64,000 nucleotides of DNA from Escherichia phage PNJ-6: the sequence record OQ076693; one strand, 5' to 3'. Positions 41,056 through 49,610 of this stretch are shown here, piece by piece. Below the pieces are notes generated by a model. It was not told the DNA's origin. It saw only the letters and a program-made list of their open reading frames with translations, and made no database searches. Within the stretch, counting starts at the first letter, position 1. Every line of letters begins with the position of its first letter. A program made the translations under genes and the position numbers.

Positions 41056-41803
41056 TTAACCTTTAATAAGTTGGAATAATGATGCGCTAAGTGGTAAGCC
41101 ACGTTTCAATTTTAATTTACCAATGAAACCGATCTTTTCAAAACGTTGCAGACCTTGGATAACTTTATCATATGTATCGAAAAGCGATTCAGCGTCAGTT
41201 AATTTAGTTTTAGTTTTCCAGTCAGAGCCTTTAAGAAGAACGTTGAGTTTAGTAAGTTCATGGCCTTCTGCTTGATGTGAGCCATTAATGCGTGCTTTCA
41301 AAGCAACAATTCTAAGTTTAGATTCGTTAGATAAAGGTTGATTTTTCATCATGTTCGCCATATGCTTAACACGATTTTCACGTTTTGCTCGGATTTTTAA
41401 AATAGTACCATAAACCTTTTTAATTTGGGCCCATTTCTTCTCGTCGAGATTAAGTTTCTCTACTTTACGGGCAGAAGGATTAGCGATACGTCTTGCAATG
41501 GCATCACGTTTTTCAATAAGTTCTTCTAATGTTAAATCAGAACGAGCCGTGTTATATTTTTTTCTTAACTGGGATAACATTACCTTTAATGTAGCCTATA
41601 TCATTATTAAAACGTTCTAAGGATAATTTCTCACCTTCAACAGAGTTATTGAAAGATTCACCTGAGTAAGCGCAGACCTTTTGATCAAGAATGTTTTTAA
41701 GGTAATTAAAGTCTAAGTTAAAATCCTTAGAGCGTCTCTTCGCAGAAGCTCTGGTGTGGTCAAGACGACGATTGATTTTGTTAATTTTATTATTAGATAA
41801 CAT
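41056..41803 (-). pseudogene. HNH-type nuclease-like gene split by a frameshift at an A7 tract (two ORFs 41552..41803 and 41056..41580)
   Basis: Upstream ORF has a degenerate HNH_3-like motif (KVCAYSGESF...LSLERFNNDIGYIKGNV) and stops right after it; the downstream 174-aa ORF is in the +1 frame and overlaps it at a run of 7 A (41557-41563 on the + strand). Confidence 0.4.
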
Positions 41804-41852
41804 AATATTTTCCTCTGTCTTACGGACGTTAGGTCATTTAGCTGATGGGTCT

Positions 41853-41881
41853 ATAATATCATGCCCTCAGGTAGTGTACAC
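41853..41881 (-). promoter_or_regulatory. T4-type early promoter variant (-35 GTGTAC, 17 bp, -10 TATTAT)
   Basis: rc of 41876-41881 is GTGTAC; rc of 41853-41858 is TATTAT; upstream of the HNH-like ORF. Confidence 0.45.
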
Positions 41882-41955
41882 TCCTTTTTCGTAAAATGCT
41901 TTAATTTTTTATGTGTTATAATGGTTCTGAGTTCCATCCGGTTATTCCAATCCAG

Positions 41956-42564
41956 TCAGTAACCGACAATAGACAGATTCCAGATTGTATAACGTCCATC
42001 TTGAATAATAGAATCTACACGCAGTGTAGTCCCTATAGGGAGCATAAATTCACATTCGTCGGATATAAGTCTAGCATTAGACCGTCTTGTCGCTTCAGGG
42101 AAAGCTCCATTGAACTCACAAGATGGCGCAGCCAGAATCATGTTAAGCATATGTTCACGGAAGTTGAAAGCAAATGGTGCATCTTTGATACAGAACATAT
42201 TAAATGTTCCGTAAAAATTATATGAAGCGAAGTTACGTGCTACACCAAACACCGGACTAAAGCTCATTACTCTGTCAAATTTAATAATACTACCAATGCC
42301 TTTATCATCGAGTGTGGCCATAGTTTTCTTAGAGATTCCACGATACATTGTCTCAGGAACAGAAGACGTCCAATTTCTACGAACGATTGAACTTAACTCC
42401 TGTTGAATACAGTCTGGCTTGTTTTCCATACACTGCCACAGTACACTTTGTTCAATGTCGCTGAATTGACTATCAATTTCGTACTGCAATACATCTTGAT
42501 ATTCAGGGTTTTGAGCACGACGAACCATTTCTTCAATTTCACACTCATTATACGGCATAAACAT
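41956..42564 (-). CDS. ADP-ribosyltransferase, ModA/ModB-like
   Basis: 202-aa ORF with R-S-E triad arrangement (YRGIS; SFSPVFG; ECEFMLP); T4 modA/modB position between dda region and soc; only one copy. Confidence 0.55.
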   Translation of the reverse strand: MFMPYNECEIEEMVRRAQNPEYQDVLQYEIDSQFSDIEQSVLWQCMENKPDCIQQELSSIVRRNWTSSVPETMYRGISKKTMATLDDKGIGSIIKFDRVMSFSPVFGVARNFASYNFYGTFNMFCIKDAPFAFNFREHMLNMILAAPSCEFNGAFPEATRRSNARLISDECEFMLPIGTTLRVDSIIQDGRYTIWNLSIVGY

Positions 42565-42723
42565 TTAGGTTTCTCCTGTGGTTGATAAAGGGTATATTAT
42601 CATCATCGGAAGAGTTTGTACACTAAAAATTCAACATTTTCAAATGAATGATTTTGTTAGGTATTCGCGTTCTTGAAGTTCAGATTGACATGTCATGATA
42701 GACCTCCATTTAAAGATAAGCCT

Positions 42724-42752
42724 ATCATAACACGAGAGGAGGGAATGTAAAC
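42724..42752 (-). promoter_or_regulatory. T4-type early promoter (-35 GTTTAC, 17 bp, -10 TATGAT)
   Basis: rc of 42747-42752 is GTTTAC; rc of 42724-42729 is TATGAT; about 160 nt upstream of the modA-like ATG; a second promoter-like element lies at 42594-42623. Confidence 0.4.
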
Positions 42753-42912
42753 TACTTTTTAAGCTTTCCTACTAAAGGTCCATCAGGGCCAGGTTGTTCT
42801 AACATGAATAACGATGCTTTAAAAAGCAATGTCAACCCTTTCACCATTCGATACCATGTCTCAAAGTCTTTTTCCTTGATTTCTAGTAAGAATTTCTCTT
42901 TAAATTTCTCTT

Positions 42913-43101
42913 TCATTTCCAAGGACTCCATGGTGGAGGGTCGTCATAATAAGAGGCAAGGTCTTTCAGGGCTTCAACAGGTAAACTAAAGCCGTGACGT
43001 TGTATAATACTATCTAGTTCATCAACAAGTTCACTACGATGCACTTTAGGAGCCTCAACTTCAGGCTCATCAAACATACTCATCAAGTCCATATTATTCA
43101 C
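42913..43101 (-). CDS. hypothetical protein
   Basis: 62-aa acidic ORF. Confidence 0.4.
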   Translation of the reverse strand: MNNMDLMSMFDEPEVEAPKVHRSELVDELDSIIQRHGFSLPVEALKDLASYYDDPPPWSPWK

Positions 43102-43558
43102 CGAGATAAAAACTAGCAGGTTCAGAGAATGTTTCTAGTGCTACACCTTTTGTCTTAAAAAATTTCCAAATAGCTCGTTGCAAATGGATTAAATCTGCTA
43201 ATGATGTAATAAAGTATTTTTTGGCAAAATACTTATGGTCTCGCTTTTCAAACAAGTCTAAACGCTTTTCAGGATTCACATAAACTGCATTTTCCGTAGA
43301 TTCATAACCTAAGTCCTTTATGCCTTCTTCAAGACTAAACGGAGAATTTTTAGAATGAGTAATAGCTCCAACTCGCTCTACACGAATTTTGTAACCTTTA
43401 GGAATCTGCAATTTACAGAATTCTTCTACGATATATTGCGGATTATTTAGACTTTTGTTAATGAGAATAGCTATTTCTAGTGGAGTCTTATCTTCTACTG
43501 GTATATGTTTAAACGACTTGGCTTCAAGCAAATACATTTTAAATAACATAGCATCCAT
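43094..43558 (-). CDS. hypothetical protein
   Basis: 154-aa ORF. Confidence 0.5.
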   Translation of the reverse strand: MDAMLFKMYLLEAKSFKHIPVEDKTPLEIAILINKSLNNPQYIVEEFCKLQIPKGYKIRVERVGAITHSKNSPFSLEEGIKDLGYESTENAVYVNPEKRLDLFEKRDHKYFAKKYFITSLADLIHLQRAIWKFFKTKGVALETFSEPASFYLGE

Positions 43559-43764
43559 TATAATTTCCTCGATGGTTCACCCATATAAAGTTTTACAATA
43601 CGTTCGCCTTCATCTTCGACGAGCTTCTCTTCATGTTTCTGGAATTCTTTAGCCATATTCTCTTCAAGAACATCCAGCCAATCTTCCGGATCGACACCAT
43701 CGCCCCAGCTTTTAAACCATCTTACAACTCTGTTCATTCGCAGCTCCCTGAGCTTGAACCACAA
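43558..43764 (-). CDS. hypothetical protein
   Basis: 68-aa ORF, overlap-coupled. Confidence 0.4.
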   Translation of the reverse strand: MWFKLRELRMNRVVRWFKSWGDGVDPEDWLDVLEENMAKEFQKHEEKLVEDEGERIVKLYMGEPSRKL

Positions 43765-44018
43765 TCAGAATAACTTGACCCAGAATCACCAGGCCAAGAC
43801 GATACGTATGAATGATTATAATCGGAAGAGCTTGAAGCATTAACCTGTTTTGTTTTTGGACGAACAACTTCTTCCACCATTCCGTCACCGATATATTCCC
43901 AGCTTTTTTCGTGTGTATCGGGAATAGGCATCATACCTTCGCCTGGTTTAACAGCAAACAACTTCTTCAGCATCGTAAGCATTAATTGTTCCTCGAACAA
44001 AACGAACACCACCATCAT
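43734..44018 (-). CDS. hypothetical protein
   Basis: 94-aa ORF with Ser/Gly-rich C-terminus. Confidence 0.4.
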   Translation of the reverse strand: MMVVFVLFEEQLMLTMLKKLFAVKPGEGMMPIPDTHEKSWEYIGDGMVEEVVRPKTKQVNASSSSDYNHSYVSSWPGDSGSSYSDCGSSSGSCE

Positions 44019-44244
44019 CCCAACGGATTTCGGCGTTAAATTTGACGTCTTCGCCTTCCATCATGAATGAATGCACGATTACATCATCATAATATCCAAG
44101 ACCGTATTTCAACGAAACTTCTTGAGCAATCAAAGCACCTAATGTGTTATTAGGTTTAATCCAACGATTTAACATATTGTTCTCCTCTTGAGTAAGTAAG
44201 AATATCTTAACACAGTTTTTAGTGGTTGTAAACTGTAGAAACAA
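43948..44244 (-). CDS. hypothetical protein
   Basis: 98-aa ORF; overlaps downstream ORF, start may be the internal ATG (MLNRWIKPNN...). Confidence 0.4.
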   Translation of the reverse strand: MFLQFTTTKNCVKIFLLTQEENNMLNRWIKPNNTLGALIAQEVSLKYGLGYYDDVIVHSFMMEGEDVKFNAEIRWDDGGVRFVRGTINAYDAEEVVCC

Positions 44245-44250
44245 AAAAAA

Positions 44251-44270
44251 AGGAATCCCGAAGGATTCCT
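44251..44270 (-). terminator. intrinsic terminator downstream of soc
   Basis: AGGAATCC-CGAA-GGATTCCT; minus strand has a run of 8 U after the hairpin. Confidence 0.7.
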
Positions 44271-44278
44271 TAAATTAT

Positions 44279-44515
44279 TTAACCGCTTACCGGTGTAGGG
44301 GTAAACATTGCAGCATTCTTAGTTTTCCAATCACCTGCATCAGAAACTACAGTAGAATATGCTGCCTTTTCTGATGGAAAGATTTGGTAATGAGAATCTG
44401 CAATCCGATGTTCGTTTGAATAAATCTCAAACGGCACAGAAACTTCCATACCTTTAACTTCTTTACCTTCACCAGCAGGATGCGTAAAGGTTTTGATGTT
44501 TACATAACCACCCAT
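44279..44515 (-). CDS. soc: small outer capsid protein Soc
   Basis: 78-aa ORF (YVNIKTF...FPSEKAAYSTV); late promoter TATAAATA at 44547-44554 upstream and hairpin terminator downstream. Confidence 0.85.
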   Translation of the reverse strand: MGGYVNIKTFTHPAGEGKEVKGMEVSVPFEIYSNEHRIADSHYQIFPSEKAAYSTVVSDAGDWKTKNAAMFTPTPVSG

Positions 44516-44517
44516 AA

Positions 44518-44856
44518 TTAACTCCTTTGTTGTTTAATTACAGGTGTATTTATAATGAATTTCTTCGGGACAATAAAATATCCGAATTTAGTTAATATAA
44601 CAACATCACCGTTAATTATTACCGGAGAATAATCATCTGGAGTATTAAATTTCCAGTGGAGTCTAGTATTATATCCATCAGAGCCGAATGCTTTATTAGC
44701 CGGTCTCCCAGCTTTTTGCCATGCATAAAAATCAAGTTTCATTTGCAACCCAATCAACCATATGTAGATGGTCTGATAATTGACTAACATGCTGAAGCTG
44801 ATTAGACAGGAGCTTACAAATAAGCTCACTGTTATCATTTTTAAATAGCTGGTCAA
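44518..44856 (-). CDS. hypothetical protein
   Basis: 112-aa ORF with hydrophobic N-terminus; the soc late promoter lies inside it, so the real start may be internal. Confidence 0.4.
   Translation of the reverse strand: MTSYLKMITVSLFVSSCLISFSMLVNYQTIYIWLIGLQMKLDFYAWQKAGRPANKAFGSDGYNTRLHWKFNTPDDYSPVIINGDVVILTKFGYFIVPKKFIINTPVIKQQRS
44547..44554 (-). promoter_or_regulatory. late promoter (TATAAATA) for soc
   Basis: Exact TATAAATA on the minus strand about 32 nt upstream of the soc ATG. Confidence 0.6.
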
Positions 44857-44904
44857 TACGTTTCTTGTGGGCTTTCTTAAGCTGTCGTTTATTTAAACGA
44901 GCCA

Positions 44905-45426
44905 TTAGTAACCTCGGTCTTGGCGAGCGAAGTTTTCAGCATTCTTCAAGTAATACAGTTTGAAGATTTCTTCAGCAGAAAGTCCTAGACCTTGGAACAT
45001 ATTTAGAACGAAATGCAGAATATCAATCATTTCAAATTTAATTTCAAGCTGGTCTTCAGGAGACAGTTCATCGATACGACGATTTCGATATTCAGCGTGT
45101 TGCGCCTTCCACGGTTTCCATACAGAGCTAGCGGCTTTTTCACCATTGCTCATACCACCAAGTGAAGTCAGAAGTTCACGGAATTCATCATCAATATAAT
45201 CTTTCTGATTACGCAACCAATCAACAACATCACCAGCAGTAGCCAATTCATCAGGATGTTTGTTATGTTCAGGCTTGTCATTTGCCAGACGAACCTGTAA
45301 AGATTTCTGCATATCAAGCATTACCTGCAGAGGGTCTTTATCTTCGTGAATCAAAGCATTAAAATAAGCTTCTTCTGCTTTATCAACACCAGAAATAAGT
45401 TGTGAACATTCGTTAAAGTGTGCCAT
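44905..45426 (-). CDS. 56: dCTP pyrophosphatase (dCTPase) gp56
   Basis: ORF 44905..45441 trimmed to MAHFNECSQL...; MazG-like core (DELATAGDVVDWLRNQKDYIDDEFRELL; EDQLEIKFEMIDILHFVLNMF). Confidence 0.82.
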   Translation of the reverse strand: MAHFNECSQLISGVDKAEEAYFNALIHEDKDPLQVMLDMQKSLQVRLANDKPEHNKHPDELATAGDVVDWLRNQKDYIDDEFRELLTSLGGMSNGEKAASSVWKPWKAQHAEYRNRRIDELSPEDQLEIKFEMIDILHFVLNMFQGLGLSAEEIFKLYYLKNAENFARQDRGY

Positions 45427-45514
45427 TATTTTTCCTTTCAATTCAGTATAAGAGAGTTAATTCTAACATTAATTTTATAAAGCGTAATAAATAATAGGTA
45501 ACTAAGGAGATATT

Positions 45515-45712
45515 ATGTTTAAACTTCCATCGTTAATCAACGCTATTAAAGGCAATAAAAAGAAAACTGCTATCGCCGCAATAGTTGTAGGTGGCATTAT
45601 TTCATGGAACTTCGGTATCGCACCATTATTAGTTGCTAATGGTATTATAGTTCCTTCTGTTCCATTGGATACTGTAGTCGATTTGGCCTTTGCTATTATA
45701 GGGCTTGTTTAA
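45515..45712 (+). CDS. small membrane protein (65 aa), opposite strand to neighbours
   Basis: Strong SD (AAGGAGAT) 7 nt before ATG; hydrophobic helices (IAAIVVGGIISWNFGIAPLLVANGIIVP; VVDLAFAIIGLV); only plus-strand gene in this early block. Confidence 0.5.
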   Translation: MFKLPSLINAIKGNKKKTAIAAIVVGGIISWNFGIAPLLVANGIIVPSVPLDTVVDLAFAIIGLV

Positions 45713-46731
45713 ATCTTCGAATAATGAGATAATCTCATTTTAGCATGCAACCCACTTGAAATATTCTGTTTCATGTATTCTAAAATTTCTTGTGGTGTTG
45801 CATTTTCTTTCATTACCATATCATTCACGTCCTTTGATCTCCATGGAGCTCGGTCCCAGAACATGACACGTTCGCCTGCATCAACTAATCGCTTCATGCG
45901 AGCTATAGTGTCTTTGTGTCGCGGTTCATTATCCATTACCCATACCCGACGTTCTTTAAATGGTACCACATCTAAATCTATTGAGCCGCCTGTAATAGCG
46001 ATTGCATTGGGTATGAATAAACTATCAATAGGGCCTTCCATTACCCAGACGTCTCCTTCCTTAACACGTTCAACACCATAAATTTTTGTTGCAGACTCAA
46101 ACGCTTTAATAGTGATATATTTCTGAGGAGCATCTTTACGAAGTGCACGTCCTTGGAATGACTCAGCCTTCCCGTCTTTATTAAAAATAGGAATCACTAA
46201 ACGTGGTTCGGGAATCTCTTTCTTATACGTACCAGGTTGAATCTTGTTGACCAATTTAGGCCATTCTAATGTGAACCATAATCTGTTCCACGATTCTTTA
46301 GGAATGCATCGAGACTTAACATATTTCACAATAGGATGCTCTTCAGGCAGCTTGTCCAGACGAGAACAAGAAGGCAAAGAATTTATAGTCTTTTTCTCCG
46401 GTTCTGGTTTATGTTCAGGAACCTTTTCAATCTTTGGTTCCATTCTAGCTTTTTCTTTACGAACTTCCATTAGATATTCGCGATAAAGCTCTTCATCATA
46501 CTCTTTTAAGTATCCGGAAATTGTATTGTGGTATTGACAATTATAGCAATGTACATTACCAGGAGTACCGCCGTAATACCATCCGCGAGCTTTCATTGCA
46601 TCTGTCTGTGAGTCGCCACAAACTGGACAACGAAATGTTAATTTAAATGTGCTTGAATTATTGATTTGTCTAAAACGAGGTAGGTGAGAAAACGCACGAT
46701 AAGCAAATTCATTATCTATCCATTCAGCCAT
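45709..46731 (-). CDS. 61: DNA primase gp61
   Basis: 340-aa ORF with N-terminal Zn ribbon (CPVCGDS...CYNC) and TOPRIM region (VWVMEGPIDSLF; VWVMDNEPRHKD). Confidence 0.9.
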   Translation of the reverse strand: MAEWIDNEFAYRAFSHLPRFRQINNSSTFKLTFRCPVCGDSQTDAMKARGWYYGGTPGNVHCYNCQYHNTISGYLKEYDEELYREYLMEVRKEKARMEPKIEKVPEHKPEPEKKTINSLPSCSRLDKLPEEHPIVKYVKSRCIPKESWNRLWFTLEWPKLVNKIQPGTYKKEIPEPRLVIPIFNKDGKAESFQGRALRKDAPQKYITIKAFESATKIYGVERVKEGDVWVMEGPIDSLFIPNAIAITGGSIDLDVVPFKERRVWVMDNEPRHKDTIARMKRLVDAGERVMFWDRAPWRSKDVNDMVMKENATPQEILEYMKQNISSGLHAKMRLSHYSKI

Positions 46732-46770
46732 AGTATTCTCCAGAGGCCTTAAATTAATAAGGCCATCATA

Positions 46771-47265
46771 TCACAACTTATTAATATTTACTTTAATTCG
46801 CTTTCTTTTCTTGGAAGGAATTTGTTCTGGACCTTTATTTACGACTGCACCTGTAGTTGTTCCTGATGCAATAGCTTGAGGGCTGCCACCTGAATCACCA
46901 GCAACCATATCCTCAAATAAAGGGAGTTCTTTAAATATTTCTTTCTGTTGTTCTTCTGTAATGTTATAGCGGGATGCTACAGCACTCCAGGCAGACATCA
47001 TTGAGGCCATTCCATTAAGACCTGGAACAGTGCTCATCATTCGCTTCATTGAACGAACTGAAGCATGAAAAGGTGTATACGCCGCTTTCTCTTCAGGAGT
47101 AGAAGGACGTTTAAGAACACTTCCACGTTCATCGATGATTTTGGCTTCGTATGCTTTCCATTCGGTAAAAGGTTTTTGCATTAGTCGAATAAACTTATAT
47201 GCGTAAACAGAATCTATTGCAGTGTTAATAATACCCATAGGTACCTCCTGAGTATATTTAATCAA
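46771..47265 (-). CDS. hypothetical protein
   Basis: 164-aa ORF with basic C-terminus (SKKRKRIKVNINKL). Confidence 0.5.
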   Translation of the reverse strand: MIKYTQEVPMGIINTAIDSVYAYKFIRLMQKPFTEWKAYEAKIIDERGSVLKRPSTPEEKAAYTPFHASVRSMKRMMSTVPGLNGMASMMSAWSAVASRYNITEEQQKEIFKELPLFEDMVAGDSGGSPQAIASGTTTGAVVNKGPEQIPSKKRKRIKVNINKL

Positions 47266-47455
47266 TTACAAAGATTGCTTTGTCACCATTTATATCTGTG
47301 ACTTCATATGTAGTGCCTTCATACTGTGGAATATTCCAAATTACGCCATTATTAGCTTTTACGCTAATATGACATTGGTGTTTTGAAACAACTTCGTAAT
47401 CTTCAAAACTTGTAAAAACACTAATTTTAGAACCAGTGCAAATTGCAGTAGTCAT
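47258..47455 (-). CDS. hypothetical protein
   Basis: 65-aa ORF, overlap-coupled. Confidence 0.45.
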   Translation of the reverse strand: MTTAICTGSKISVFTSFEDYEVVSKHQCHISVKANNGVIWNIPQYEGTTYEVTDINGDKAIFVID

Positions 47456-47456
47456 T

Positions 47457-48116
47457 TTAACCTCGATTCATAAATGCATTAAATATTTGGTCATCAACAG
47501 AAATTTCTAATTCGACTTCAATTGCTTCAGCCTTTTCTTCAGGTGGTAATTCGTATCCACACACTACAATTTTTTCATCGATATCAAAATATACAGAAGC
47601 AATATGATTAATGTTATTTTCAGTTAAGTCTAAATCAACATCAACATCTTTTTGACCTACACTTAAAGGATAACTAATACGGGTTATTTTATTATCTTTA
47701 ACAAAGAGTCCACCGACATACTCTGTACTACGTTTGAAGTTTACACGTTTCCGAAATGAAAGATATGATGCATCTTTACCGTGAGCTCGGCTCATAGGAC
47801 ATAATGAATAGCTAGAATAAGAGATGTCAAATCCTACACCTTCAATATGAGCCAACGCGTCGTGATTAAACCAATTATAATCATATGCCAAATCCATTAT
47901 ATTGTAATATGTGAAAGGCACCGGATTAACATCATACGTTGTACCTTTAAAATCTGCCCAGGCAACGATTTCGTTATCTTTAACAATTACAAAAATTACA
48001 CCAATATGGTATCCGTTATTATTTTCATTCGGCGTTATATTATAACATTGTGCATTAGGAAATTTACCATATTTAAATGGCGCATTTTTGTGCATATAAT
48101 AAATCATATTATTCAC
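47457..48116 (-). CDS. hypothetical protein
   Basis: 219-aa ORF, overlap-coupled to sp. Confidence 0.5.
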   Translation of the reverse strand: MNNMIYYMHKNAPFKYGKFPNAQCYNITPNENNNGYHIGVIFVIVKDNEIVAWADFKGTTYDVNPVPFTYYNIMDLAYDYNWFNHDALAHIEGVGFDISYSSYSLCPMSRAHGKDASYLSFRKRVNFKRSTEYVGGLFVKDNKITRISYPLSVGQKDVDVDLDLTENNINHIASVYFDIDEKIVVCGYELPPEEKAEAIEVELEISVDDQIFNAFMNRG

Positions 48117-48402
48117 CTGTGATTTCGGTTACGATATCTTTGTTATCGAAATTAGGGTCACAATACAAAACATAATTGTACTGCATAATACCGCCAGACT
48201 TAAGTTGTTCAACAACTTTATTAACCATATTAGGACGGTCTCGTTTAGTGATGTTCATGATATCAGAGAAGATTTGTTGTTCAACATCTTCTTGATTTGC
48301 AGTCATTGACCACTCACAGAGGTCTTTATCATAACCTGCCGTAACTGGAGCTGGTGCACATGATACTGCAAGTAAGATTGCTGCCAATGATAACTTTTTC
48401 AT
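48109..48402 (-). CDS. sp: Spackle-like periplasmic protein (lysozyme inhibitor / superinfection exclusion)
   Basis: 97-aa ORF with signal peptide (MKKLSLAAILLAVSCAPAPVTA) and conserved core GYDKDLCEWSMTA...SGGIMQYNYVLYCD; early promoter 48432-48461. Confidence 0.78.
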   Translation of the reverse strand: MKKLSLAAILLAVSCAPAPVTAGYDKDLCEWSMTANQEDVEQQIFSDIMNITKRDRPNMVNKVVEQLKSGGIMQYNYVLYCDPNFDNKDIVTEITGE

Positions 48403-48431
48403 TTTAACTCCTTAGTTGATTTGATAGGACT

Positions 48432-48461
48432 ACTATACTATAGTCCATCTATAATGTAAAC
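48432..48461 (-). promoter_or_regulatory. T4-type early promoter for sp (-35 GTTTAC, 18 bp, -10 TATAGT)
   Basis: rc of 48456-48461 is GTTTAC; rc of 48432-48437 is TATAGT; 30 nt upstream of the sp ATG. Confidence 0.5.
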
Positions 48462-48465
48462 AGGT

Positions 48466-48714
48466 TTATTCTTTTTCGCGAATAATAATTACTTGTTGAG
48501 GCTGCTGAGCAGATTTCTTTTCGGCAACGATAGACCAAATTAAAGTTCCGATCCAACCAATCATCGTCCAGTTAAAGAGTAAAGATATAAAGAAGATTGC
48601 TGTTGTGCTTTTTGTGCCACGAATAAGTGCGATTACCCAAGGCAACATGTAAATGATGATTGAACCAATACCTGCGATTAAAACTGCTACTGAACTAGCT
48701 ACGAATAATTCCAT
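48466..48714 (-). CDS. Imm-like superinfection immunity membrane protein
   Basis: 82-aa ORF with two TM helices and the family signature YMLPWVIALIRGTKSTTAIFFISLLFNWTMIGWIGTLIWSI. Confidence 0.6.
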   Translation of the reverse strand: MELFVASSVAVLIAGIGSIIIYMLPWVIALIRGTKSTTAIFFISLLFNWTMIGWIGTLIWSIVAEKKSAQQPQQVIIIREKE

Positions 48715-48775
48715 GTTAATTTCCTCTTAATTTGTTATGTTTATAATATCTTGTTTTAACTTTGGTGTAAACCAA

Positions 48776-49144
48776 TTAATTAAATTTGTTTAAACGTTCA
48801 ATACACTGGACGTAGTTATTCGCGATTTGTTTCTGGGTAGGCTCTTTACCAGTTGTTTCAACATAGCGAATGAATGCGATTTCAGTAGCCTGTAGACAAT
48901 GTTCTTTAACGCGTTGTTCTTTTGACAATGCTACAGTATCAGAGTCACGATAACGTTGAGCATGGGCATCAGCTTGAATCATTCGATTACCTACAGTAAC
49001 CGGGTCTTCCACTTCAACTTTAGGTTGGTCATACTGTTTAACATTAGGATTGTAAATCAGTTGGCCAACGTTATTAGGGATAAAGCCATGGGCACCACAT
49101 CCGGTTAATCCAAATACCATTGCTAAAGCGATTAATTTTTTCAT
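48776..49144 (-). CDS. putative lipoprotein
   Basis: 122-aa ORF; signal peptide plus lipobox (MKKLIALAMVFGLTGC). Confidence 0.6.
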   Translation of the reverse strand: MKKLIALAMVFGLTGCGAHGFIPNNVGQLIYNPNVKQYDQPKVEVEDPVTVGNRMIQADAHAQRYRDSDTVALSKEQRVKEHCLQATEIAFIRYVETTGKEPTQKQIANNYVQCIERLNKFN

Positions 49145-49204
49145 TTCAATTTCCTCTGTAGTTGATAAAAAGATAGTAACACAGTATGTGGTGCTTGTAA
49201 ACAG

Positions 49205-49480
49205 TTATTTTAAACTTTTGCGAAATTTGCGTTTTTCTTGACGAATCTGTCGTTTAGTCGGACGTACAGCAAATTTAACGAAGTCCACTTTGCCGTGTGG
49301 AAACTTTTCAGATGCTTCACAGTCCATCATTAGTTCCCATCCTTCCAGAATAAGAGCTTTCCATTGTGTAGTTGATGCAAATTCGTATGTTGATGGTTTA
49401 AACACAGTTGAATACATATTATCCTCTGAAATCAGCTTCAAAAACTTTCTCGTCATTAACAAATGCTTTAACAAGTGCAC
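49205..49480 (-). CDS. hypothetical protein
   Basis: 91-aa ORF; overlaps the next gene, start may be internal (MYSTVFKPS...). Confidence 0.4.
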   Translation of the reverse strand: MHLLKHLLMTRKFLKLISEDNMYSTVFKPSTYEFASTTQWKALILEGWELMMDCEASEKFPHGKVDFVKFAVRPTKRQIRQEKRKFRKSLK

Positions 49481-49610
49481 TGTTCACTTCAGCGAGTTGT
49501 ACAGCAACCCACTCGATTTCTTCACGGTCACCTGATAACATGATATCTTTAGTGAACATCTCACCACTTTTAAACCAACCAATAAAAGTAACTTTAGTTA
49601 ATTTGCTCAT
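49419..49610 (-). CDS. small protein, possibly Dmd-like antitoxin
   Basis: ORF 49419..49631 trimmed to ATG with SD GAGGAAAT (MSKLTKVTFIGWFKSG...), 63 aa; in a T4 61.x-type neighbourhood where dmd lies in T4; call by size and synteny only. Confidence 0.4.
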   Translation of the reverse strand: MSKLTKVTFIGWFKSGEMFTKDIMLSGDREEIEWVAVQLAEVNSALVKAFVNDEKVFEADFRG

